Source of the DNA: an uncultured Gemmatimonadales bacterium
Lineage (GTDB): Bacteria > Gemmatimonadota > Gemmatimonadetes > Palauibacterales > Palauibacteraceae
Direction of reading: 5' to 3'
DNA: 64,000 nt
Assembly: GCA_963783385.1 (NCBI GenBank)
Contig: CAWANJ010000007.1
Location: forward strand, 224,001 to 288,000
The notes under the pieces are model-generated. The model searched no databases, had not been told where the DNA came from, and was given only the letters and a program-made list of their open reading frames with translations. The translations under genes were made by a program, and so were the position numbers. This document shows, piece after piece, positions 9,463-17,717 of this stretch (its first letter is position 1; every line of letters starts with the position of its first letter).

Positions 9463-9574
9463 TCCGGACGGTCGCGCCGGGAAGTCGGGCCGCGCCCCCC
9501 TGAGGGCGGCCCCGCCGCCCCGCCGCTCCGGCCTCCCCCGCCGCTCCACGACCGGAGTTGGCGGGGGAGGCTTT

Positions 9575-9609
9575 TTCGGGCGCTCGCCTTTCGGTATTTA
9601 TTCGGTATG
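9575..9609 (+). promoter_or_regulatory. Second copy of the TTCGGT direct-repeat operator, abutting the dnaE2 start codon
   Basis: CTTTCGGTATTTATTCGGTATG at 9588-9609 includes the ATG; extra TTCGG at 9575; no Shine-Dalgarno. Confidence 0.6.
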
Positions 9610-12600
9610 GCGACACCCTTCGTGGAACTGGCGGCCCGCTCGGCCTTCTCCCTCCTGGACGGGGCCGCCACGCCGGAGGCCCTGGCCGCGAGGGCGGGCC
9701 GGGTGGGGATGCCGGCCCTCGGGATGGCCGACGCGTTCGACCTGGGGGGCGCCGTGCGCTTCGCACGGGCGTGCCGGGAGGCGGGCGTCCGGCCCCTGCT
9801 CGGGGCCGAGGTCTTCGTCCGTCCGGACCGTCCCTTCGTCCTCCTGTGCCGGGGCGTGGAGGGGTGGCGCAACCTCGCCTCCCTGGTCACGGAGGGCCGC
9901 CGGAGCCGCCCCCGGGGCGAGCCGCGGCTGACCGCCGCCGCCCTGGAGGGGCGGACGGGAGGACTCCTGTGCCTGGTCCGGGTGAGCGAGGGCGGAGGGT
10001 CCGTCACCGGAGGAGGCGCCGCGGGCTGGACGGAGGGAGCCGTGCGGGCCCTGGCCGCGCGCTTCCCGGCCGGGGACTGTCTCCTGGCGCTGGAGCACCA
10101 CGGACTCCCGGAGGACGGGCGGCGCGCGGCCCGGTGGATCGAGCTCGCCGACCGGACCGGGATCGCCTGGGTGCCCAGCAACGCGCCCCGGTACGCGGCG
10201 CCGCGGGACCGGATCGTCCACGACGTCCTCACCTGCCTGCGGCACGACACGACCCTGGACGGGGCGGGAGACCGGCTGCTGCCGAACGGGGAGTGGTATC
10301 TGAAGTCGGCGTCTCAGATGGCGGCGCGGTGGTGCTTCGGCGAGGCCCCCAAAAACCCCGGATCACGGGCGGGGGGGAGGGCGCGGGGGTCCTCCTCGGC
10401 TTCGCCTTCGCTGCGCGCCCGTCGATCGCGCTCGGCCTCGAGCGAGATCCCGGTTCGCCGGGACGATGGGCCCGTAGCCGACAGGGCGCTCCGCTCCGGC
10501 TTCGCTCCGGAGGACCCCCGGGCCCTCCCCCCTTCCATCGCGCGGGGCAGGCCGGGAGCTCCCATGGACCACGGCGCCGTCACCTGCGACTGCGCGGGGT
10601 GCCGGGGGATGCGGCGGACGCTGGAGGTGGCGGAGCGCTGCGACTTCCGAATCGAGGACCTCGAGCCGCGGCTGCCGCGGTTCCCGGTGCCGGGGGGAGG
10701 GGAGCCGGAGGGCTTCCTGCGGGCGCTGGTGGAGCAGGGGGCGCGGGAGCGCTACGGCGAGCCGCCCGGCGAGGCGGAGCGGAGGCAGCTCGAGCACGAG
10801 CTGGGGATCATCGGGCGCCTCGGACTGGTCGACTACTTCCTCATCGTGTGGGACATCGTGCGTTTCGCCCGCCGGCGGGGGATCCTCGTGCAGGGGAGGG
10901 GGTCGGCGGCCAACTCGGCCGTGTGCTATTGCCTGGGGATCACGGCGGTGGACCCGGTGGGGATGGACCTCCTGTTCGAGCGCTTCCTGTCCGAGGAGCG
11001 CGGCGAGGCGCCCGACATCGACCTCGACATCGCGCATCGGGACCGCGAGGAGGTGCTCCAGTACGTGTACGGCACCTGGGGGCGGGGCCACGCGGCCATG
11101 GTGTGCGAGTCGATCACCTACCGGGGCCGGCTGGCCGTGCGCGACGCGGCCCGGGTGCTGGGCTTCCCGCAGGAGACCTCCGATCGGCTGTCGGCCGAGG
11201 TCGACCGCGGCGAGGCGTCCGACGCGGCGGCGCGGCTGGCCGACGGGGGCGCGGCGCGGGCCGGTCTCGACCCGGACGATCGCCGCACCCGGGCCCTGAT
11301 CCGGGCCGTGCGCGGCATGGACCGGCTGCCGCGCCACCGCTCCATCCACGTGGGGGGCTTCGTGCTCTCGGACCGGCCGCTCGGGGAGGTCGTGCCGATC
11401 GAGGACGCCTCCATGGAGGAGCGCACGGTCATCCAGTGGGACAAGGACGACCTGGAGGATGCGGGGCTCATCAAGTTCGACCTCCTCGGCCTCGGGATGC
11501 TCACCGTGCTGGGGGACGCGCTGGCCGCGGTGCGCCGCACGCGCGGATGGGCGCTGGACCTGGCCGGGATCCCGGCCGACGACCCGGCCGTGTACGACAT
11601 GCTGTGCGCGGCCGACACGGTGGGCGTCTTCCAGGTGGAGTCCCGCGCGCAGATGAACACGCTCCCCCGGGTGAAGCCGCGCTGCTTCTACGACCTGGTC
11701 ATCGAGGTGGCCCTCATCCGCCCCGGACCCATCCAGGGGGACATGGTCCATCCCTACCTCCGGCGCCGCCGGGGGGAGGAGCCGGTCACCTACCTGGATC
11801 CGCGCCTCGAGCCCGTGCTGGAGCGCACCCTGGGGGTGCCGCTGTTCCAGGAGCAGGGGATGAAGGTGGCCGTGGCGCTGGCCGGTTTCACCCCGGCCCA
11901 GGCGGACCGGCTGCGGCGGGCCATGGGCTTCAAGCGCTCCGAGCCCGCCATGCGGGAGGTGGGCCGGGAGCTCGAGGCGGGGCTGGCGCGGAACGGCGTC
12001 CTCCCGGGCGTCCGGGAGAAGATCTTCAAGCAGCTCACGGCCTTCGCCAGCTATGGCTTCCCGGAGAGCCACGCGGCCAGCTTCGCGCTGCTCGTGTACG
12101 CGTCGGCGTGGCTCAAGCTGTACGCGCCCCCCGAGTTCTACGCCGCCATGCTGAACGCGCAGCCGATGGGCTTCTACAGCCCCTCGACCCTGGTGCACGA
12201 CGCGCGGCGGCACGGGGTCGAGGTACGGCCGGTCGACCTGGCGCGCTCGGCGTGGGACTCGACCCTGGAGCCGGCGCCGCCGCCGGGCCCGGCCTCCGGC
12301 GGCGGCACGGCGGAGGCCGCCGCCCACCACGCCCTCCGGCTCGGCCTCCGCCTGGTGCGGGGGTTGGGCCCGGCGGCCCGCGAGCGGCTCGAGCGGGCGC
12401 TGGAGCAGGGCGCGTTCGCCTCGGTCGAGGACGTGGTGCGGCGCACGGGCCTCGGGGAGGCGGAGCTCCGCGCCCTGGCCGAGGCGGGCGCTTTCCGCAG
12501 CCTGTGGCCGGGGCGGCGGGCGGCGCTGTGGGAGCTGCTCAGGCGGCTGCGCGGCGACGCCGGCCCGCTGGCCCCGCGCCGGCCGGAACCCGGACGGCCG

Positions 12601-13086
12601 CGAGCCGGCGCGATGGTGGAGGGATCGTCCCGGCGAATGGAAGGAAAATCCTTCCCTCTGGCCCCACTCACCCGGCCCGAGCGGGTCGCCGCCGATTACC
12701 GGGCCACCGGTCTCTCTGCCGAGGGGCACCCGATGGAGTTCCTGAGGGAGGCGCTGGCACGGGCGGGCGTGCTTTCGGCGGCGGCGCTCCGGGAGCGGTC
12801 GGATGGGGACGAGGTGCGGGTGGCGGGGATCGCCATCTGCCGCCAGCGGCCCGGCACGGCCCGCGGGGTCATGTTCATGACCCTGGAGGACGAGACCGGG
12901 TTCGCCAACTTCGTGGTCATGCCGGACGTGCGCGAGCGCTTCCGGGTCGAGCTCCGCTCGCCTCTCCTCCTGGCCGCGGGCAAGGTGGAGAGGGAGGAGG
13001 ATGTGATCAACGTCCTGACGCATCGGATCGAGCCCCTGGTCACGCGGGCCGGCGCCGGCCGGGTGCCGAGCCGGGACTACCGGTGA
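9607..13086 (+). CDS. dnaE2: Error-prone DNA polymerase DnaE2 (ImuC)
   Basis: PHP domain, GRGSAANSAVCYCLGIT, PDIDLD, QWDKDD, FQVESRAQM, YGFPESHAASFA, NAQPMGFY, and the DnaE2-specific C-terminal SRDYR. Confidence 0.96.
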   Translation: MATPFVELAARSAFSLLDGAATPEALAARAGRVGMPALGMADAFDLGGAVRFARACREAGVRPLLGAEVFVRPDRPFVLLCRGVEGWRNLASLVTEGRRSRPRGEPRLTAAALEGRTGGLLCLVRVSEGGGSVTGGGAAGWTEGAVRALAARFPAGDCLLALEHHGLPEDGRRAARWIELADRTGIAWVPSNAPRYAAPRDRIVHDVLTCLRHDTTLDGAGDRLLPNGEWYLKSASQMAARWCFGEAPKNPGSRAGGRARGSSSASPSLRARRSRSASSEIPVRRDDGPVADRALRSGFAPEDPRALPPSIARGRPGAPMDHGAVTCDCAGCRGMRRTLEVAERCDFRIEDLEPRLPRFPVPGGGEPEGFLRALVEQGARERYGEPPGEAERRQLEHELGIIGRLGLVDYFLIVWDIVRFARRRGILVQGRGSAANSAVCYCLGITAVDPVGMDLLFERFLSEERGEAPDIDLDIAHRDREEVLQYVYGTWGRGHAAMVCESITYRGRLAVRDAARVLGFPQETSDRLSAEVDRGEASDAAARLADGGAARAGLDPDDRRTRALIRAVRGMDRLPRHRSIHVGGFVLSDRPLGEVVPIEDASMEERTVIQWDKDDLEDAGLIKFDLLGLGMLTVLGDALAAVRRTRGWALDLAGIPADDPAVYDMLCAADTVGVFQVESRAQMNTLPRVKPRCFYDLVIEVALIRPGPIQGDMVHPYLRRRRGEEPVTYLDPRLEPVLERTLGVPLFQEQGMKVAVALAGFTPAQADRLRRAMGFKRSEPAMREVGRELEAGLARNGVLPGVREKIFKQLTAFASYGFPESHAASFALLVYASAWLKLYAPPEFYAAMLNAQPMGFYSPSTLVHDARRHGVEVRPVDLARSAWDSTLEPAPPPGPASGGGTAEAAAHHALRLGLRLVRGLGPAARERLERALEQGAFASVEDVVRRTGLGEAELRALAEAGAFRSLWPGRRAALWELLRRLRGDAGPLAPRRPEPGRPRAGAMVEGSSRRMEGKSFPLAPLTRPERVAADYRATGLSAEGHPMEFLREALARAGVLSAAALRERSDGDEVRVAGIAICRQRPGTARGVMFMTLEDETGFANFVVMPDVRERFRVELRSPLLLAAGKVEREEDVINVLTHRIEPLVTRAGAGRVPSRDYR
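10372..10532. repeat. Palindromic element (24-bp inverted repeats, 1 mismatch) inserted in frame in dnaE2
   Basis: GGGGGGAGGGCGCGGGGGTCCTCC (10372-10395) versus GGAGGACCCCCGGGCCCTCCCCCC (10509-10532); internal TTCG-loop hairpins. Confidence 0.8.
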
Positions 13087-13261
13087 GCCGGCGCCGGCCG
13101 CCCGCGGTCCGGCGACTGGCCGGGTGCACGCTCCGGCGCCTATTGTGTGGGGCCCGGGCCCTCCCCGGTCCCGACGCTTCGCGGCCCGCCCGATCCCGTC
13201 CCGGAGAGAGGAGAGCCCCGGGGCCATCGGTCTCGACACGAAGGAGCAGGAGGCACTCGCG

Positions 13262-13618
13262 GTGACGGAAGCCGACGCACGTACGCCGAAGGTCGTCGAC
13301 AAGCCCTGGGGGCGGGAGATCTGGTACGCCCACACGGATCGTTACGCGGGCAAGGTGCTCGAGGTGACGGCCGGCCACGCCCTCTCGCTCCAGAAGCACC
13401 GCGTGAAGCACGAGACGCTCTACCTGCAGAGCGGGCGCATGACGTTCACCCTGGGGGAGCGCAGCTTCGAGTGGGCTCCCGGGGAGCGCATCGAGATCCC
13501 CCCGGACACCATCCATCGCATGGAGGCGCTCGAGGACTCGGTGATCCTCGAGGTCAGCACACCGGAGCTCGAGGACGTGGTCCGCCTCGAAGACCGCTAC
13601 GGGCGGGCCGGCACGTGA
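13262..13618 (+). CDS. Cupin-domain protein (mannose-6-phosphate isomerase type II C-terminal-like)
   Basis: AGGAGG RBS; KPWGRE, LSLQKHRVKHET, IHRM, EVST and DVVRLEDRYGR motifs. Confidence 0.82.
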   Translation: MTEADARTPKVVDKPWGREIWYAHTDRYAGKVLEVTAGHALSLQKHRVKHETLYLQSGRMTFTLGERSFEWAPGERIEIPPDTIHRMEALEDSVILEVSTPELEDVVRLEDRYGRAGT

Positions 13619-13631
13619 GACCCGGCGCCCG

Positions 13632-14153
13632 ATGAGCGGCCGCCTGCAGGAGCTGCAGGACCGAAGCTACCCGCGGACCTGGCTCCTCCTCGAGGCCGTC
13701 GAGGCGGGGCCGCTCCTCCTGGGCCGGGAGGTCGTGGACCTCTCCCCCGGCGCCATCGAGCTTCGTCACGCGGCCCGGGCTCTGCGCGGCTACGCCGAGG
13801 AGCGCGAGCACTGGCTGGCCCTGGACGAGGAGGGGCGCTGGTCCAGGCTGGGCGAGGGGCATCGCCGCGAGATGTCCTTCGGGCCCGAGATCCGCTACTG
13901 CGTGGAGCGGGACGGCCGCGGACACATTCACGCGGGCCGTCCGCTCCGGCATCTGGCGCTCCGCTTCCGGGGCGGAAGCCTCACGCCGGCCACCTCCGCC
14001 GAGATCGGGCTCTACTTCTACGGCCGGCGACCGGCCGTCTTCGGCCTCATCGGTCCCCAGCGGGTCCACGGCTTCATCGGGTTCGAGTGGGAGCCCCTCG
14101 CCGGCGAGGACGTCCGCTGGCTCCTGGAGCGGGAGATGGGAGAGCGCCGGTGA
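13632..14153 (+). CDS. Hypothetical protein
   Basis: ATG start; tight operon spacing with GTGA overlap to the next gene; coding-like composition; no recognised motif. Confidence 0.6.
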   Translation: MSGRLQELQDRSYPRTWLLLEAVEAGPLLLGREVVDLSPGAIELRHAARALRGYAEEREHWLALDEEGRWSRLGEGHRREMSFGPEIRYCVERDGRGHIHAGRPLRHLALRFRGGSLTPATSAEIGLYFYGRRPAVFGLIGPQRVHGFIGFEWEPLAGEDVRWLLEREMGERR

Positions 14154-14998
14154 GCCGGGCGGTAGCGATGCTGGTGCGCGCCGCCTGGGTGCCGGCGCGG
14201 GCCGAGCCTACCCACCGGTCCGAGATGGTCACCCAGTGGCTGTGCGGCGAGCGGCTCGTCGCGCTCGAGGAACGGGAGGAGTGGGTGCGCGTCCGCGGTC
14301 CGGACGGCTACGAGGGCTGGTGCGGTCGGGGCGGCCTGCGCGAGGTCGAGGAGGGCGTCGCGGCGGCCTGGGTCCGCGACGCGGAGCTCTACTCTCTCGG
14401 GGTCGAGCTCTCCGGGCCGGTGGAGCCGGCCGGCGCCGTCCGCCCGTGGCCGCGCCACCTGCCGTGGGGAGGGCGCGTGGCCCGGGCCGGGGAGGGGCAC
14501 GTGCGGTTGCCGGATGGCCGGGAGGCCGTACCGTTCGATACGGCGCGGCTCCTGGACCCGGCTTCCCTGCGGCGGCGCTTCCCGAGCCGGGGCGACGCCG
14601 TCGCCGAGACGGCCGCCGGGTGGGCGGGAACCCCCTACCTGTGGGGCGGACGCACCCGACTCGGGGCCGACTGCTCCGGGTTCGTACAGGCGGTGTACGC
14701 CGCGCACGGCGTCGGCCTTCCACGCGACAGCGGGGACCAGCTGTCGGCGGGCCCGGGGGTCGACGAGGCCGTCTCCGACGCGGCCGAGCGTCGGCCCGGA
14801 GACCTCCTGTTCTTCGGAGCGTCCCGCTCGGCGGTCACGCACGTGGCGCTGTCCCTGGGAGGCACGGCCATCCTGCACGCCGCCGCGGCCAACGGAGGGG
14901 TGGCCGCCGACGACCTGGAGGCCCTGCCCGGGTCGCTCGCCGGCCTGCCCTCCCGGCTGGTGGGCGTCACCCGCCCCCTGGAGCTCAGCCCTCGATGA
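14150..14998 (+). CDS. SH3b + NlpC/P60 cell-wall peptidase (YkfC/dipeptidyl-peptidase VI-like)
   Basis: SEMVTQWLCGE...WVRV...DGYEGW (SH3b); GTPYLWGG, GADCSGFV, LPRDS, GDLLFF and THVAL catalytic motifs. Confidence 0.88.
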   Translation: MSRAVAMLVRAAWVPARAEPTHRSEMVTQWLCGERLVALEEREEWVRVRGPDGYEGWCGRGGLREVEEGVAAAWVRDAELYSLGVELSGPVEPAGAVRPWPRHLPWGGRVARAGEGHVRLPDGREAVPFDTARLLDPASLRRRFPSRGDAVAETAAGWAGTPYLWGGRTRLGADCSGFVQAVYAAHGVGLPRDSGDQLSAGPGVDEAVSDAAERRPGDLLFFGASRSAVTHVALSLGGTAILHAAAANGGVAADDLEALPGSLAGLPSRLVGVTRPLELSPR

Positions 14999-15362
14999 CC
15001 ACCACGGCCGCCGCCAGGCGCCCCTCGTGGGTGAAGCTCAGGTGTACGCTACGCCCGCCCGCCTCCCGCAGGCGCTCGGCGGCGGTTCCCGACAGCCGGA
15101 GGTAGGGGCGGCTCCCGGCCCCGGCCGAAACCTCCACCTCGTGCCAGCCGATCCCCCGGGACCACCCCGTGCCCAGGGCCTTCAGAAAGGCCTCCTTGGC
15201 CGCGAAGCGGGCCGCGAAGCACTCCTCCGGGCGGGCGCGGCCGGCGCAGGCGGCGCGCTCCTCCTCCGAGAACAGGCGGCGTGACGCGCGCACCGGCTTC
15301 CGCTCGAGGAGGCCGGCCACGCGCTCCGTCCGCACCATGTCGATGCCGATACCCACGATCAT
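14985..15362 (-). CDS. acpS: Holo-[acyl-carrier-protein] synthase
   Basis: MIVGIGIDMV, FAARFAAKEAFLKALGTG, HLSFTH. Confidence 0.95.
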   Translation of the reverse strand: MIVGIGIDMVRTERVAGLLERKPVRASRRLFSEEERAACAGRARPEECFAARFAAKEAFLKALGTGWSRGIGWHEVEVSAGAGSRPYLRLSGTAAERLREAGGRSVHLSFTHEGRLAAAVVVIEG

Positions 15363-15444
15363 GCGCGCATCGTACGACCCTCTCGGCGACGGGGCCACGC
15401 CCTCATGTGGCCTTCGTCCCGGCGGGCCGGTATATTGGGGCCAG

Positions 15445-15461
15445 TTGAGAATCAGTCTCAA
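15445..15461. promoter_or_regulatory. Fur-box-like inverted repeat upstream of the FTR1 permease
   Basis: TTGAGA-ATCAG-TCTCAA, perfect 6-5-6 palindrome just downstream of a TATATT -10 (15431-15436). Confidence 0.7.
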
Positions 15462-15505
15462 TCAAGCGACAATGCCTTCGGTGAGGACGCGGTTCGGATG
15501 AGCGG

Positions 15506-17677
15506 GTGCCAGGGGTGAGAGGAGGGGCCACAGGAGGTCGCGAGCGCGCGGGAAGCCGGGCCGGCCGCCTGGCCGCGCGGGCGGTCATGGCCGCCTGGCT
15601 GGCCGGCATCGTCGCCGCGCCCGCTCCGGCGGTCGCCCAGGGGACCCGGTCGTCCACGGCCGCCGGCGCCGGTCCGTCGCCGGCGGAGGTCGCGGAGCGG
15701 GCGGGACGGGTCGCCTCGCTCCTGGAGCTGGCGGCCGGCGAGTACGCGCTCGGCGTGCCGGCGGAGGGTGGCCGCGTGAGCGCGCCGTCCGAGTACGCCG
15801 AAGCCCGCCAGTTCGTGGCCCAGGCGGCCGACCTGTTCGCCGGGCTCCCCCCGGCCTCGCGGCAGACCGGCGCCGAGGCGAGGGCGGCGGGGGCGCGCCT
15901 CGACTCCCTGGGCCGGGCCGTGGAGCGCCGGGCTCCGCCGGCCGAGGTGCGGGATCTGGCGGCGCGCACGGCCCGCTCCCTGGCCTCGGGGTGGGGCGCC
16001 GTGCTCGTGCCGAGCCCGCCCTCCCGGCCATCGGCCGCGCGGGGCGCGGCCCTGTATCGTTCCGACTGCGCGGCGTGCCACGGGCCGTCCGGGGAGGGCG
16101 ATGGGCCGGCGGCGGCCGGCATCGAACCGCCGCCGGCGGACTTCACGGCGTCGGCCCGTGCCACCGACGGCACCCCGGCGCGAGACTTCCAGGTCGTCAC
16201 CCTGGGCGTCCCCGGCACGCGCATGAAGGGCTGGGGGGACGAGCTCTCCGTGCAGGAGCGCTGGGATCTGGTCGCCTACATCCAGACCCTGCGGTTCAGC
16301 GCCTCCCAGGTGGCCGAGGGCACCGCCCTCTCGCTGGGAGACGGCGCGGCCGCCGCGAGCCCGGTCTCCGGGCGTCTGCGGGCGTGGTCCTCGCTCCCCG
16401 CCGCCGCCCGTGTCTCCGACCTCGACCTCCAGGGCCGGGTGCAGGAGCGCTGGTCCTCGGCGACGGGCGACACCCTTTCAGCTCCGCAGGCCCGGGCCGT
16501 CGTGGCCTACGCCCGCGACCTCCTGGGCACGCCGGCCTCGGGCGTGCCGGCCGCCGACCCGGGCGCGGAGCTCGGCGAGCGGATCGAGCGCGCCGACTCC
16601 CTGGCCGGCGTGGCCGCCCGACTGGGGGCCTCCGGGGACGCGGCGGGCGCCCGCGCGGCGGCCCTGGATGCGTACATGGCGTTCGAGGGGGCCGAGACCG
16701 GGCTGCGCTCGCGGGCCCCGGACCTGACGAGTCGCATCGAGGCAGCCTTCGGGGGCTTCCGCGACGAGGTGTCGTCGCCGGAGCCCGGCGCGGACGGGGC
16801 GCGCCGGATCGAGGCCGCCCGGGCGGGACTCCACGGCCTCCTCGGGCAGGCCGCCGAGGCCGTGCGCAGCCCCGTCACCGCCTGGTCGCTGGCCACCCAG
16901 TCCTTCTTCGTCATCCTGCGCGAGGGGTTCGAGGCCATCCTGATCATCGGCGCCATCCTCACCTTCCTGGGCAGGACCGGGCACGAGCGCCGCCGCCGCG
17001 ACGTCCACCTCGGCGTGGGGGCGGCGGTGCTGGCCAGCTTCCTGACCGCCTGGGGCCTGCAGGAAGTGCTGTCGGTGACGCCGGCGAGCCAGGACGTGCT
17101 CGAGGGCGCCACCATGCTGGTGGCGGTCGCCGTCCTGTTCTCGGTGAGCTACTGGCTCCTCTCGAAGATGGAGAGCGACCGCTGGCAGGCCTACCTGCAC
17201 AGCCGCATGCAGCGCGCGCTGGGGACCAGGGGCGGGATGGCGCTGGCCGGGGTCGCCTTCCTCGCGGTCTACCGGGAGGGGTTCGAGACGGTGCTGTTCT
17301 ACAAGGCCCTGTTCGGCTTCTCGGCCGGGAGCACGGTCCCCGTGGCGGGCGGCTTCGTGGCCGGCTGCGTGGCGCTGGCCGCCATCTATCTGGCGTTCAA
17401 TCGGTTCGGGGTCCGCATCCCGATGCGGCCCTTCTTCGGGGTCACGGGCGGCGTGCTCTACTACATGGCGGTCGTGTTCGCCGGGAACGGCGTCCACGAG
17501 CTGCAGGAGGCCGGCGTCATCGGGTCGACTCGCCTCGCCGGGGCGCCGAGGATCGAGCTCCTCGGCGTCTACCCGACGGTCGAGAGCCTCCTCGCCCAGG
17601 GACTCCTCCTCGGGCTCCTGGTCGGAGCCCTGTGGATGACCTTCGGCCGGCTGACGGTCCGCCCGAATCGTCGCTGA
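15506..17677 (+). CDS. Cytochrome c-fused FTR1/EfeU-family iron permease (PbrT-like)
   Basis: Signal peptide, CAACHG heme motif, two REGxE motifs (REGFEA, REGFET), multi-TM C-terminus with GVHELQEAG. Start uncertain. Confidence 0.92.
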   Translation: MPGVRGGATGGRERAGSRAGRLAARAVMAAWLAGIVAAPAPAVAQGTRSSTAAGAGPSPAEVAERAGRVASLLELAAGEYALGVPAEGGRVSAPSEYAEARQFVAQAADLFAGLPPASRQTGAEARAAGARLDSLGRAVERRAPPAEVRDLAARTARSLASGWGAVLVPSPPSRPSAARGAALYRSDCAACHGPSGEGDGPAAAGIEPPPADFTASARATDGTPARDFQVVTLGVPGTRMKGWGDELSVQERWDLVAYIQTLRFSASQVAEGTALSLGDGAAAASPVSGRLRAWSSLPAAARVSDLDLQGRVQERWSSATGDTLSAPQARAVVAYARDLLGTPASGVPAADPGAELGERIERADSLAGVAARLGASGDAAGARAAALDAYMAFEGAETGLRSRAPDLTSRIEAAFGGFRDEVSSPEPGADGARRIEAARAGLHGLLGQAAEAVRSPVTAWSLATQSFFVILREGFEAILIIGAILTFLGRTGHERRRRDVHLGVGAAVLASFLTAWGLQEVLSVTPASQDVLEGATMLVAVAVLFSVSYWLLSKMESDRWQAYLHSRMQRALGTRGGMALAGVAFLAVYREGFETVLFYKALFGFSAGSTVPVAGGFVAGCVALAAIYLAFNRFGVRIPMRPFFGVTGGVLYYMAVVFAGNGVHELQEAGVIGSTRLAGAPRIELLGVYPTVESLLAQGLLLGLLVGALWMTFGRLTVRPNRR

Positions 17678-17717
17678 GGCCCCCGCCGCGGGCCCCGGCG
17701 GCCCCCCGGCGGACGTG

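Noticed and set aside
10333-10605. Intein in DnaE2 (insert starts CFGEA and ends near Cys residues)
   Set aside because: Only about 90 aa, low complexity, no TxxH block and no terminal His-Asn; the DNA palindrome explains it better.
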